Source: an uncultured Chloroflexia bacterium (GTDB lineage Bacteria > Chloroflexota > Limnocylindria > Limnocylindrales > CSP1-4). Taken from it: a stretch of DNA of 64,000 bases. Positions 55,457-64,000 of the stretch are shown here, one piece after another; position 1 is the first letter of the stretch, and each line of letters starts with the position of its first letter. The stretch lies in the NCBI GenBank assembly GCA_963820735.1, contig CAWGBA010000004.1:131579-195578 (forward strand), given 5' to 3'. The notes under the pieces were generated by a model. That model was not told where the DNA came from. It did not search any database and saw only the letters and a list, made by a program, of their open reading frames with translations. Both the position numbers and the translations under genes were made by a program.

Positions 55457-56853
55457 CAGATGGGCTTCCCAAGCTGCGCGAGGACGACGATGGCGCCCGC
55501 GGTGACGAAGATGTTCGCCAGCGATGCTGGGATCAGCCACTTCCAGGCGAAGCCCATGATCTGGTCGATCCGTACGCGCGGCAACGTCGCCCGCATGATC
55601 ACGAACAGGGCGACCAGCGTGAAGGTCTTGGCGAGGAACCAGAAGAGACCGATGACCTCCTGGTACTGGATCGCGAGATACAGCGTGAGCAGGCCGCCGA
55701 CGATCAGGTTGAACAGGATGAAGCCGACGATCAGCGACTTCAGGAACGACCAGCCGGTGCGGAAGGTCCACAGCAGGAGCGTCAATGCCAGCACGACGAT
55801 GGCCGGCACGATCAGCACGCCCCACAGCAGGCTCATCCCGAGCGACCCCGGGTCAAGCAGCAGCGTGAACGGCGTGGCGATGCCGAAGAAATTGAGGATT
55901 GGGTTGATGCTGAGCGGCGCATTCCAACCGCCCAGGAACACCACGGCGGTGAGCGCCGAGAGGATGAACACGTTCACGTACTCGGCGAAGAAGAAGAAGC
56001 CGAAGCGCATCCCGCTGTACTCGGTCGCGAAGCCGGCCACGATCTCGCTGTCCGCCTCGGTGAAGTCGAACGGGCTGCGGCTGCCTTCCGCGGTCGCCGC
56101 GATGAAGAAGATCAGGAAGGCGAGCGGCTGCTGGAACACGAACCAGTTGAGGAAGCTGCCCGACTGGCGCTCCACGATCGTGTTCAGGCTGAGCGTGCCG
56201 GTGATCATGATCACGCCCACCACGGACAGGGTCAGTGGGATCTCGTAGCTGATGATCGAGGCTGCCGCGCGCAGGCCGCCGAGCAGCGAGTACTTGTTGT
56301 AGCTCGACCAGCCGGCCATCATCAGGCCGACCACGCCGAGCCCGCCCATGGCGAAGAAGTAGAGCAGCCCCAGGTTCATGTCGAACCCGAAGACGCCGGG
56401 CGCGAAGGGCATCACCAGCAGCGTCATGACGCTCGCGAGGTAGACGACCGCCGGTGCGAGCGTGAAGACCGGGACGTCGACGCCGGTCGGGGTGAAGTCC
56501 TCCTTGGCGAGGACCTTCAAGCCTGCGACCACCGACGCGAGGGCGCCCCACGGTCCTGTCCGGTTCGGCCCGACGCGCAGGTTCACGAACGCGATCAGCT
56601 TCAGTTCCATGAAGATGATCAGGAACGCGACCGGGACCGTGATCAGCAGTACGACCGTCGCAGCGGCAACGAAGCGGACGATGCCGATGTTCGCGCCGAG
56701 CGTGTCGAGCACGCCCTGCAGGAGCCACGGCAGGACGCCTGCCACCCAGCCGACCAGCAGGAAGATGGTCAGCACGACCACCAGGAACAGCAACGGCAGG
56801 GCGATCTTGCCCGCCGTCGTCAGCTTCCCGAACGGCTTCGTGATGACGGTCAT
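55456..56853 (-). CDS. nuoH: NADH-quinone oxidoreductase subunit H
   Basis: 465 aa. RVGPNRTGPWG..LKVLAKED, WSSYNKYSLLGGLRAAASIISYEIPL, FDFTEADSEIVAGF.TEYSGMRF. Confidence 0.9.
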   Translation of the reverse strand: MTVITKPFGKLTTAGKIALPLLFLVVVLTIFLLVGWVAGVLPWLLQGVLDTLGANIGIVRFVAAATVVLLITVPVAFLIIFMELKLIAFVNLRVGPNRTGPWGALASVVAGLKVLAKEDFTPTGVDVPVFTLAPAVVYLASVMTLLVMPFAPGVFGFDMNLGLLYFFAMGGLGVVGLMMAGWSSYNKYSLLGGLRAAASIISYEIPLTLSVVGVIMITGTLSLNTIVERQSGSFLNWFVFQQPLAFLIFFIAATAEGSRSPFDFTEADSEIVAGFATEYSGMRFGFFFFAEYVNVFILSALTAVVFLGGWNAPLSINPILNFFGIATPFTLLLDPGSLGMSLLWGVLIVPAIVVLALTLLLWTFRTGWSFLKSLIVGFILFNLIVGGLLTLYLAIQYQEVIGLFWFLAKTFTLVALFVIMRATLPRVRIDQIMGFAWKWLIPASLANIFVTAGAIVVLAQLGKPI

Positions 56854-56892
56854 GCCGAATGCCTCGCGGTCGCGGTCGCGGTGTCGCGGTCG

Positions 56893-57018
56893 CGGTAGAG
56901 CTCAGGGTGCGCGGGCGAAGGCGGCGTCGAGCGCGCGGACCGAGCGCACGGCGTGCGGCGTGAGCGACGCGGCGTAGGCGGCAACGCCCGCCCGGGCCGC
57001 ATCAGCGACCGTGTTCAT
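56893..57018 (-). CDS. Possible 41-codon ORF translationally coupled (ATGA) to nuoD
   Basis: ATG 57018-57016 overlaps the nuoD TGA 57017-57015. The peptide is MNTVADAARAGVAAYAASLTPHAVRSVRALDAAFARAP. Third codon positions are almost all G/C, as in real genes here. No homology recognised. Confidence 0.25.
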
Positions 57019-58238
57019 TTGTCCACGCCGCCCATGATCGGGTCAAGGCTCGACATGATCGCCATGATGTCCGCGATCAGGTTGCCCGGGGTGACCGCGC
57101 CGACCGCCTGGAGATTGAAGAACGACGGGTCGTGGATGCGCAGCCGGAACGGCTGATCGGACCCATCGCTGATGGCATACGCGCCGTACTGGCCGCGCGG
57201 GCTCTCCAGGGCGACCCAGGCTCGGCCGGGCGGAACGCGCAGCAATCGCGGCAGCTTGGCCATCACCGGCCCGTCGGGCATCTGGTGCAGCACCTGGTCG
57301 ATGATCCGGATGCTCTGCTTGATCTCGTCGAAGTGGAGCAGGTAGCGCGCGTACGAGTCGCCCTCGGTGCGCGTGGGGATCTCGAAGTCGAGCTCGGGAT
57401 AGACGCTGTACGGGTGCGAGCGGCGAACGTCGTAGGGGATTCCCGTCGCCCGGATCACCGGACCGCTCAGACAGGTGCGCAGCGCCGTCTCACGGTCGAT
57501 CACGCCCAGGCCGCGCGTGCGGCCGACGAAGATCTCGCTCTCGTTGAGGAGCTTCATCTCGTCTTCGAGGTGCTTTCCGGCGTGGCTCATCCAGTCGCCG
57601 AGGCGGCTCATGAACTCGTGGTTCACGTCGCCGTTGACGCCGCCGATGCGCAGGTAGTTGAAGAGCAGCCGCTGCCCGGTGAGCGCCGCCAGCATCTCGA
57701 CGATCTCGTCGCGCTCGGCGAAGCCCCACAGAACGGGCGTCAGCCCGCCCAGGTCGAGCGCGAGCCATCCGATGAAGAGGGCGTGGCTGGAGATGCGGTT
57801 GAGCTCCCACGCGAGAACGCGGATGTACTCCGCGCGGCGCGGCACCTCCAGGCCGAGCAGCTTCTCTGCGGCGAGCACCGGGATCGCCTCCGAGAACATC
57901 GAGGCGATGTACTCGAGCGGATCGCAGTTGCTGATCGCGTGGTGCCAGTCGCCGTTCTCGACGATCTTCTCGACACCGCGGTGCAGGTAACCCAGGACCG
58001 GGTCGAGATCGACGATGCGCTCGCCGTCGATCTTGAGCACGACGCGCAGCACGCCATGCGTCGAGGGGTGCTGCGGGCCGAGGTTGATGAGCATCTCGCC
58101 ATCGCGCAGGTTGTAGAACTCGGCTTCGCGCTCGGTGCGCGGTGGGTACGGTGGGATCGCGTCGACGATCGTCGCGGGCGAGTCGACCAGGATTTCGGGA
58201 TCATCGAGCGAGCGGATGCGGGTGGCGGTGTCGCTCAT
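57015..58238 (-). CDS. nuoD: NADH-quinone oxidoreductase subunit D
   Basis: NLGPQHPSTHGVLRVVL..DGERIV, GYLHRGVEK, RIGG, ESPRGQ.G. Start at MSDTATR (58238) with ATGA overlap to nuoC. Confidence 0.9.
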   Translation of the reverse strand: MSDTATRIRSLDDPEILVDSPATIVDAIPPYPPRTEREAEFYNLRDGEMLINLGPQHPSTHGVLRVVLKIDGERIVDLDPVLGYLHRGVEKIVENGDWHHAISNCDPLEYIASMFSEAIPVLAAEKLLGLEVPRRAEYIRVLAWELNRISSHALFIGWLALDLGGLTPVLWGFAERDEIVEMLAALTGQRLLFNYLRIGGVNGDVNHEFMSRLGDWMSHAGKHLEDEMKLLNESEIFVGRTRGLGVIDRETALRTCLSGPVIRATGIPYDVRRSHPYSVYPELDFEIPTRTEGDSYARYLLHFDEIKQSIRIIDQVLHQMPDGPVMAKLPRLLRVPPGRAWVALESPRGQYGAYAISDGSDQPFRLRIHDPSFFNLQAVGAVTPGNLIADIMAIMSSLDPIMGGVDK

Positions 58239-58858
58239 GCCCCGATCCTCCCCGTCTCGTCGCCGGCGCCGACTGATCCACCCGGCTCGTCCGCACGACC
58301 AGCACTTCCGGCCGTGATCACCAGCAGCTGCCCGTCCGACCCGATCAAGGCACCGGTTCCGGGGCTTCGGCGCAGCACGGGCTGGCTCCGCGTCTCGGCC
58401 GGGTGCGCCGGCTGCTCCATCGCGCGGACGCCCCATCCCGGTGCGCGGGCTGCGTCGTCCGCCAGGAGGAAGTCCTTGCGCAGCGGGAACGACTGGAAGT
58501 CGGGATCGAGGTAGATCCGTCGCAGGTCGCGGTTCCCTTCGAAGATGATTCCGAACATGTCGTAGGCCTCGCGCTCGGCCCACTCGGCACCCGGCCAGAG
58601 GAACGTGACCGACGGAACTCGCGGGTCGTCGCGCGAGAGGCCGTCGGCAATCACACGGACCCAGTCGGGCGAGAGCGGCGACCAGAGGTGGTAGACGACC
58701 TGCATGGTCTCGCCGGTATCCACGCCGCACAGGTCCGCGAGCAGCTCGAAGCTCAGCTCCGGGTCGTCGTGGAGCGCCGTCAACACGTCGGTGACGTCAC
58801 CCGCGCGAATACGCAGCTCGGTGGTGTCCTGGCGCTGCCCCGCCGGCGCGAGCAGCAC
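58235..58858 (-). CDS. nuoC: NADH-quinone oxidoreductase subunit C
   Basis: WPGAEWAEREAYDMFGIIFEGN.DLRRI..D and FPLRKDF. The N-terminus probably lies further upstream: in-frame LKRRLDDRFGS precedes GTG 58858, and an AAGGAG is present upstream, but no canonical start codon is seen. Confidence 0.85.
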   Translation of the reverse strand: MLLAPAGQRQDTTELRIRAGDVTDVLTALHDDPELSFELLADLCGVDTGETMQVVYHLWSPLSPDWVRVIADGLSRDDPRVPSVTFLWPGAEWAEREAYDMFGIIFEGNRDLRRIYLDPDFQSFPLRKDFLLADDAARAPGWGVRAMEQPAHPAETRSQPVLRRSPGTGALIGSDGQLLVITAGSAGRADEPGGSVGAGDETGRIGA

Positions 58859-58945
58859 GCTGCCGAAGCGGTCGTCGAGGCGGCGTTTCAGCTGAGTGTC
58901 CGTCGGTGGGCTCCTTGTTCGGTCCGATCGATCGCCGTTGGTCGC

Positions 58946-59683
58946 TCAGACGCCGGTCGGAACCGTCGGCCCGACGGCCCGCTCGGCCCAATGGCCGCGC
59001 CGCTCTCTGATGAGCTGCTGGAGCTTCATCATCCCGTAGATCAGCCCCTCAGGGCGCGGCGGGCAGCCCGGCACGTACACGTCCACGGGCAGCACCCGGT
59101 CGATCCCCTCGACCGTCGCGTAGGAACGCTTGTAGCGGCCGCCCGAGCAGGTGCAATCGCCCATCGCGACGCACCACTTCGGCTCCGGCATCTGCTCCCA
59201 GAGCCTCACCAATGGGCCGGCCATCTTGGTCGTCAGCGTGCCGGCGACGATCAGCACGTCCGCCTGCCGCGGGCTGGCACGGAACGGGAACATGTTGAAG
59301 CGGTCCATGTCGTTCACGCTGGTCGCCGCGGACATCATCTCCATCGCGCAGCAGGCAAGGCCCGACAGGAGCGGCCAGAGGCTGTTGAGACGGATCAGGT
59401 CCAGCACGTAGTCGGCATACGTCGGGATCACGTCGAGCGAACCCCAGCGTCCGTTGTCGCCCTTCTCGAGGAACTCGAGCTCCGCGAGGTGGGTGATCGT
59501 CGGAGGCCGGTTGCCGAAGTAGGCGGTCGGGTCGGCCGGTGCCCACATGGTGTTGGGCACCACGATCGGCGAGACGCCCGTCGCGGCGGTCGTCGCCGGC
59601 AACGACCCGCGAGGAGTGGCGGGCTGGTCAGAGGGCACCTGCGCGTCCGGATCGATTCGCGGTGAAGTGGGGTCGGCGGTCAT
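58946..59683 (-). CDS. nuoB: NADH-quinone oxidoreductase subunit B
   Basis: [32 protein letters not shown] and GCPPRPE (N2 cluster ligands), with an N-terminal Pro/Thr-rich extension. Confidence 0.9.
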   Translation of the reverse strand: MTADPTSPRIDPDAQVPSDQPATPRGSLPATTAATGVSPIVVPNTMWAPADPTAYFGNRPPTITHLAELEFLEKGDNGRWGSLDVIPTYADYVLDLIRLNSLWPLLSGLACCAMEMMSAATSVNDMDRFNMFPFRASPRQADVLIVAGTLTTKMAGPLVRLWEQMPEPKWCVAMGDCTCSGGRYKRSYATVEGIDRVLPVDVYVPGCPPRPEGLIYGMMKLQQLIRERRGHWAERAVGPTVPTGV

Positions 59684-59687
59684 GGCA

Positions 59688-60047
59688 TCACTTCCAGGTG
59701 AGCACGCCCTTGCGCCAGGCGTACCCGAGTCCGGTCAAGAGGATGCCGACGAATATCAGCATGCTGATGAAGCCACCGACCAGCAGGTCCTGGAAGATCA
59801 TCGCCCAGAGATAGATGAACACGACCTCGATGTCGAACGCGACGAACAGCAGCGCATAGATGTAGAAGGAGAGGCCGAAGCGGCCCCACGTGTCGCCGAA
59901 CGTATCGATGCCCGACTCGTAGGGAAGACCCTTGTGCCGGTCGCTCTTGTGGCGATGACCCAGCAGCCAGGCCATCAGGATCGTCACGAAGACGAACGAG
60001 AAGCCGGCGAATGCGAAGCCGAGGACGTACCAGAGCGCGCTCGTCAC
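59688..60047 (-). CDS. nuoA: NADH-quinone oxidoreductase subunit A
   Basis: 119 aa, 3 [17 protein letters not shown]...[18 protein letters not shown]. Confidence 0.9.
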   Translation of the reverse strand: MTSALWYVLGFAFAGFSFVFVTILMAWLLGHRHKSDRHKGLPYESGIDTFGDTWGRFGLSFYIYALLFVAFDIEVVFIYLWAMIFQDLLVGGFISMLIFVGILLTGLGYAWRKGVLTWK

Positions 60048-60449
60048 GCTGCAGGAAACTCCTTCGATTGCGGTTGGGCGTCGTGGTGGTTGCCCCGATG
60101 GGCGACCGCAAGTTGGGGCTCGGGCCGTCGATCGTGCGCACGCTCATTCTACGCCGGAGGGCAGTCGGCGACCGATGCCGGCACGCTCGGGCATGGACCC
60201 GTCAAGCGTCGTGGATGCGTCCGCCCTAGGATGCCCGGCGTGGGAGTGAGGCGATGCGCGGGAGTCCGCGTGCCATCGTGGTCCGACGGCTGGGCGGAGC
60301 CGGCTGTGATCGGGGGCCGTCAACCGCTGAAGGGCCGGCGCCCCGGTGACGTACGCATTCGCGTCGATCGGCCGCACACGCCCTACTTCCGCTACACGGG
60401 TCCCGGGACGCTGTGCGCGAAGCCGGCAGCCATCGCACCCAAGACGCGG

Positions 60450-62297
60450 ATGGGCCGCGCGGTCGTCGACGCCAAGCGCGTCCTCTTCGGCCGTCCGCTG
60501 GCAACCGAAGAGGAGGTCGGCGAGCGCCTGAACAAGAAGAAGGCGCTGGCCATCTTCAGCTCGGACGCCATCAGCTCGTCCGCGTACGCCACCGATGAGA
60601 TCCTGCACGTCCTGCTCGTCGCAGGCGCCATCGGCCTGATGGCATCGATCAACGTCGCGTTCGCGATTGCCCTGATGCTGGCCATTGTCTCGACCAGCTA
60701 CCGGCAGATCTGCTACGCATACCCGAGTGGCGGCGGTGCGTACGCGGTCTCCAAGGACAACCTCGGTCGCCTTCCTGCGCTGATCGCGGCGGCGTCGTTG
60801 TTGGTCGATTACATCCTTACCGTGGCGGTTTCGACCTCGTCGGCGGTGCAGCAGATCACCTCGGCCGTGCCCAGCCTGACGCCGATCGCACGTGCCCATC
60901 GGCTTGCTTGCGATCGCGTTGATGACCCTTGGCAACCTTCGCGGCCTTCGCGAGTCCGGAAACATCTTCGCCATCCCGACCTACCTGTTCGTGTTCGGCG
61001 CGCTGCTGATGATCGCGCTGGGTGCGTACCGCATCATCGTGCTCGGCGACACCACGCCGCCACCGAATCCGATCCCCGGCGCGCCGCCCGGAATCGAGCC
61101 GCTCACGATCTTCCTGCTGCTGCGCGCGTTCGCCGGTGGATCCGTGGCCCTGACCGGCACCGAGGCCATCGCCAACGGCGTGCCCGCGTTCAAGAAGCCC
61201 GAGCCCAGGAACGCCGCCACGACCCTGACCGTGATGGCGCATCCTGCTGGGCGTCGCTCTTCGTGGGCATCACCTTCCTGGCGACCGACTTCGGCATCGT
61301 GCCGACCGACACGACAGACCGTCATCGCACAGGTCTCGTCGCGCGTCTACGGCGCGACTCGATCGGCTTCTACCTGTTCCAGGCCTTCACCGCCCTGATC
61401 CTCATCCTGGCGGCGAACACGTCCTACAACGCGTTTCCACGGCTGGCCGCGATCCTTGCCCAGGACGACTTCATGCCGCGCCAGTTCGCCTTCCGCGGCG
61501 ACCGCCTCGCCTACACGCTGGGCATCGCGATCCTGGCGGGGCTGGCGATGTCCCTGGTGGTCCTGTTCAACGCGGACACGCACGCGCTGATCCCGCTCTA
61601 CTCGGTCGGCGTGTTCGTCAGCTTCACGCTCAGCCAGGGCAGGCATGGTGCGCCACTGGCGACGGGTCAGCGGCGACCGCTGGAGACGGCGCCTGGCGAT
61701 CAACGCCTTCGGCTGCGTGCTGACCGGCGTGGTGTCGGTGGTCGTGCTGGTCGAGAAGGCGCCCGACGTCGCTGCTCGTCGCGGTGATCATCCCGATCCT
61801 GGTGCGGGATCATGGTGTTCATCTACCGCCAGTACGACAACATCGACCGGAGCTGGCCGTCCGACCCGGACCAGATCATCGGGCCACCGCACCGCCACGA
61901 GCGCGTGGTGGTGCCCGTGCCCGGCCTGACGCGCGCCGTGGTCCAGGCCGTCAACTTCGGCCGCGCGATCACCGACGACGTGCAGATGATCCACGTCACC
62001 GACGACGTCGAGGAGCGGCGAACAGCTACGCGCGCGCATGGAGCGCCAGCTGCCGGGCGTGCCCGTTCGTGATCGTGGAGTCGCCGTACCGCTCGCTGGT
62101 GCGGCCGTTCGTGACCTACCTGGACGTGACGTCCCGCGACCCCGACGCGATGACCCTCGTGATCATCCCCGAGTACGTGGCGCGCCACTGGTGGGAGCGC
62201 GATCCTCTACAACCAGACCGCGGACCGGCTGCGCAAGGCACTGCTCGGCCGCCCGAACACGGTGGTCGCCAACGTTCCCTATCGCCGCGAAGACTGA
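60450..62297 (+). pseudogene. APC-superfamily permease with C-terminal cytoplasmic domain, at least six frameshifts
   Basis: Family-typical blocks are scattered over all three frames: RVLFGRPLATEEEVGERLNKKKALAIFSSDAISSSAYATDEIL; PIGLLAIALMTLGNLRGLRESG; ALTGTEAIANGVPAFKKPE; FYLFQAFTALILILAANTSYNAFPRLA; VVVPVPGLTRAVVQAVNFG; FVIVESPYRSLVRPFVTYLD; ILYNQTADRLRKALLGRPNTVVANVPYRRED*. Confidence 0.7.
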
Positions 62298-63394
62298 CCC
62301 AGCACCGACCGGCAGGCCGGGTCCGACGAGCGTGTGAGCGCCGAGCAGGATCGGAATTCGGCGACGGTGGCGGCCGAGGCCGTGAGCGCCCGCAGCCACG
62401 GATCGCGGATCCCGTCTGGAAGGAATAGATCGCTCGCGTAGCGGTCCTCGGCTGACGGCCAGGCGTCCTCGTCACGGCCGAAACGCTGTGCCAAGAGCAC
62501 GCGAGTGTCGATGATCGCGCCGTCGGCGAGGGTTCGGACGATGTCCGCCGAGACGATCCGGTCCTCGATCGTCGAGCAGCAGCCCGAGTGTCGACGCGGG
62601 CTCGCGGGAATTCCGTGCCGAGGGGACCGGCTCGCCGCCGATGGCGAGTGGTGACGATGCGCGCAGCCCTCGTTCTTCGGCAAGGAAGCGCACGCGGCAA
62701 CGCACGTTCCGTTCGACCCACCGGAGTTGGCGCGAGCCGCTGCGTCCGAAGATCAGCAGTTCGCGGCGCGGGTCCGACGCCACGGCTCTGATGGCCTCGA
62801 GCCGTGGGACGGCCAGCTGATGCTCGTCCGCCAGGCTCCTCAGCCCGCTCGGGGTTGCGCGGACGAGCGAAGAATCGCCAGGTCGATCGGCCCGTCAAGG
62901 TCGAGCCCAAGCCGCGTCCGGCCGGGCAGCTCCCGAACCTCGAAGCCGGCACGCTCCTCCAGCCACCGGGGCAGCGCGTTGTCGGATGGCAGAGGGGGGA
63001 GGCGGCGGATTGGTTCCGCGTCTCCGATCGCGCAGATATCCGACGAGTAGCGGTTGTTGGTGAGCGCAACCTTCCCGCCCGAAGCCGCGACCGCGACGAG
63101 TGCCGCCGCGTCATCGCGTCGAAGAAGCGGGACGGCGCCGCTTCCGAAGACGATGAGGCCGGTGGGCGCCCGTTCCTCGACGGCGAGCCGCGCGAGCCGC
63201 TCACCGAAGGCCTCGGCATCGCCGGCGTCGCGGCCGATGATCGCGATCCGACGAGCATTCGCTGCAGTGAAGAGAGACACCTGGTGAGCCACCAGCCGGT
63301 CTCGCGCAAGGGCGAGCACGTGCGTCAGCGGCGCATCCTTCCCAGCGGCGGAACCGGGAGGCTGGTGGAAGATGACGACGATCGGTTCTGCCAC
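62279..63394 (-). pseudogene. Hypothetical protein, reading frame broken at least twice
   Basis: Protein-like segments lie in three minus-strand ORFs (62840..63394, 62472..62783, 62279..62683) that follow each other head to tail. No family recognised. Confidence 0.35.
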
Positions 63395-63453
63395 GGACCC
63401 CGGAGTCTAGGCAGCCGCGAACCAATCGACGACAGAGGCCGCCTGGTCGAGTG

Positions 63454-64000
63454 ATGGGACGAACGCGAGCTCACGTGGCGCTCGGCGCCAACGTGGGCGA
63501 TCCGGAGCGGACGCTCGCTGCCGCCGTGCGCTCACTCGCGGCCCTTCCGGACACGCGGCTGATCGGGGTGTCGCGCCTCTACGCAACGCGGCCGGTCGGC
63601 GTCACTGATCAGCCCGAGTTCCGCAACGCCGCAGTTGCCCTCGAGGTGCCTTCCGGGCCTGATCCGGTGACCGGTGCCCTGGCCCTGTTGATCGTCCTCA
63701 AGGAGATCGAGCGCGCATTCGGGCGGCAGAAGCGTGGGCGCTGGGGCCCGCGCGAGCTCGACCTGGATCTGCTGCTGTTCGGCGACCTCGCCGCAACGGT
63801 GGAGCGGCCCGAGGCGGCACGCAGCATCGATCCGGAGAAGACCGGCGTGCAGTGGCTGACCGTCCCGCACGCATCGCTCGCGGAACGGCTGTTCATGCTC
63901 GCGCCGCTCGCTGACCTCGCGCCAGAGCTGGTCGTGCCGGGGATCGGCCGATCGGTGGCCGAGCTTGCGCTAGAACGCACCGCAGCCGAGGGAGCCGACG
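63454..64000 (+). CDS. folK: 2-amino-4-hydroxy-6-hydroxymethyldihydropteridine diphosphokinase, 3' end beyond window
   Basis: My translation from ATG 63454 is open to the window end: HVALGANVGDPERTL..SRLYATRPVG..DQPEFRNAAVAL..LLIVLKEIERAFGR.....WGPRELDLDLLLFG.....LTVPHASLAERLFMLAPLADL. It is not in the ORF track because no stop is reached. Confidence 0.85.
   Translation, partial: MGRTRAHVALGANVGDPERTLAAAVRSLAALPDTRLIGVSRLYATRPVGVTDQPEFRNAAVALEVPSGPDPVTGALALLIVLKEIERAFGRQKRGRWGPRELDLDLLLFGDLAATVERPEAARSIDPEKTGVQWLTVPHASLAERLFMLAPLADLAPELVVPGIGRSVAELALERTAAEGAD

Noticed and set aside
62116-63309. 397-aa minus-strand ORF as a single gene
   Set aside because: Ser/Arg/Pro-rich low-complexity translation. 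The neighbouring frames contain more protein-like segments, reported as a broken hypothetical gene.

Overview
High-GC (Actinomycetota/Chloroflexota-like) chromosomal origin region. Gene content, left to right:
- Two BMP-type ABC permeases and the tmRNA gene.
- A decayed BKACE pseudogene, then an amino-sugar cluster: LbH acetyltransferase, GT-B glycosyltransferase, DegT aminotransferase, Gfo/Idh/MocA oxidoreductase.
- An F420-type LLM oxidoreductase, a MerR regulator and an MFS transporter.
- The origin block jag-yidC-yidD-rnpA-rpmH / tRNA-binding protein / dnaA / lipoprotein / dnaN / recF / DUF721.
- A PP2C-like membrane sensor and a bifunctional nuclease.
- A lipid-linked glycosylation cluster: GT2 plus three GT-C membrane proteins, one about 1780 aa.
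- A compact inositol-phospholipid (PI/PIM-type) operon bracketed by two ~415-bp direct repeats.
- A DHA2 MFS transporter, a sortase-like protein with a long hexanucleotide-repeat linker, and otsB.
- A 15.6-kb nuo (complex I) operon, a heavily frameshifted APC permease, a frameshifted hypothetical gene, and the start of folK.

The most unusual signal is the nuo operon. nuoI appears split, with a divergent NuoE/NuoF/NuoG-like input module inserted between its halves. The NuoG-like protein carries a GltD-type NAD(P)H flavoprotein domain where the molybdopterin-like domain normally sits.

Many genes, including the essential dnaN and recF, carry apparent frameshifts, so assembly indels must be considered before calling pseudogenes. 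Many long ORFs in the track are antisense artefacts of high GC content.
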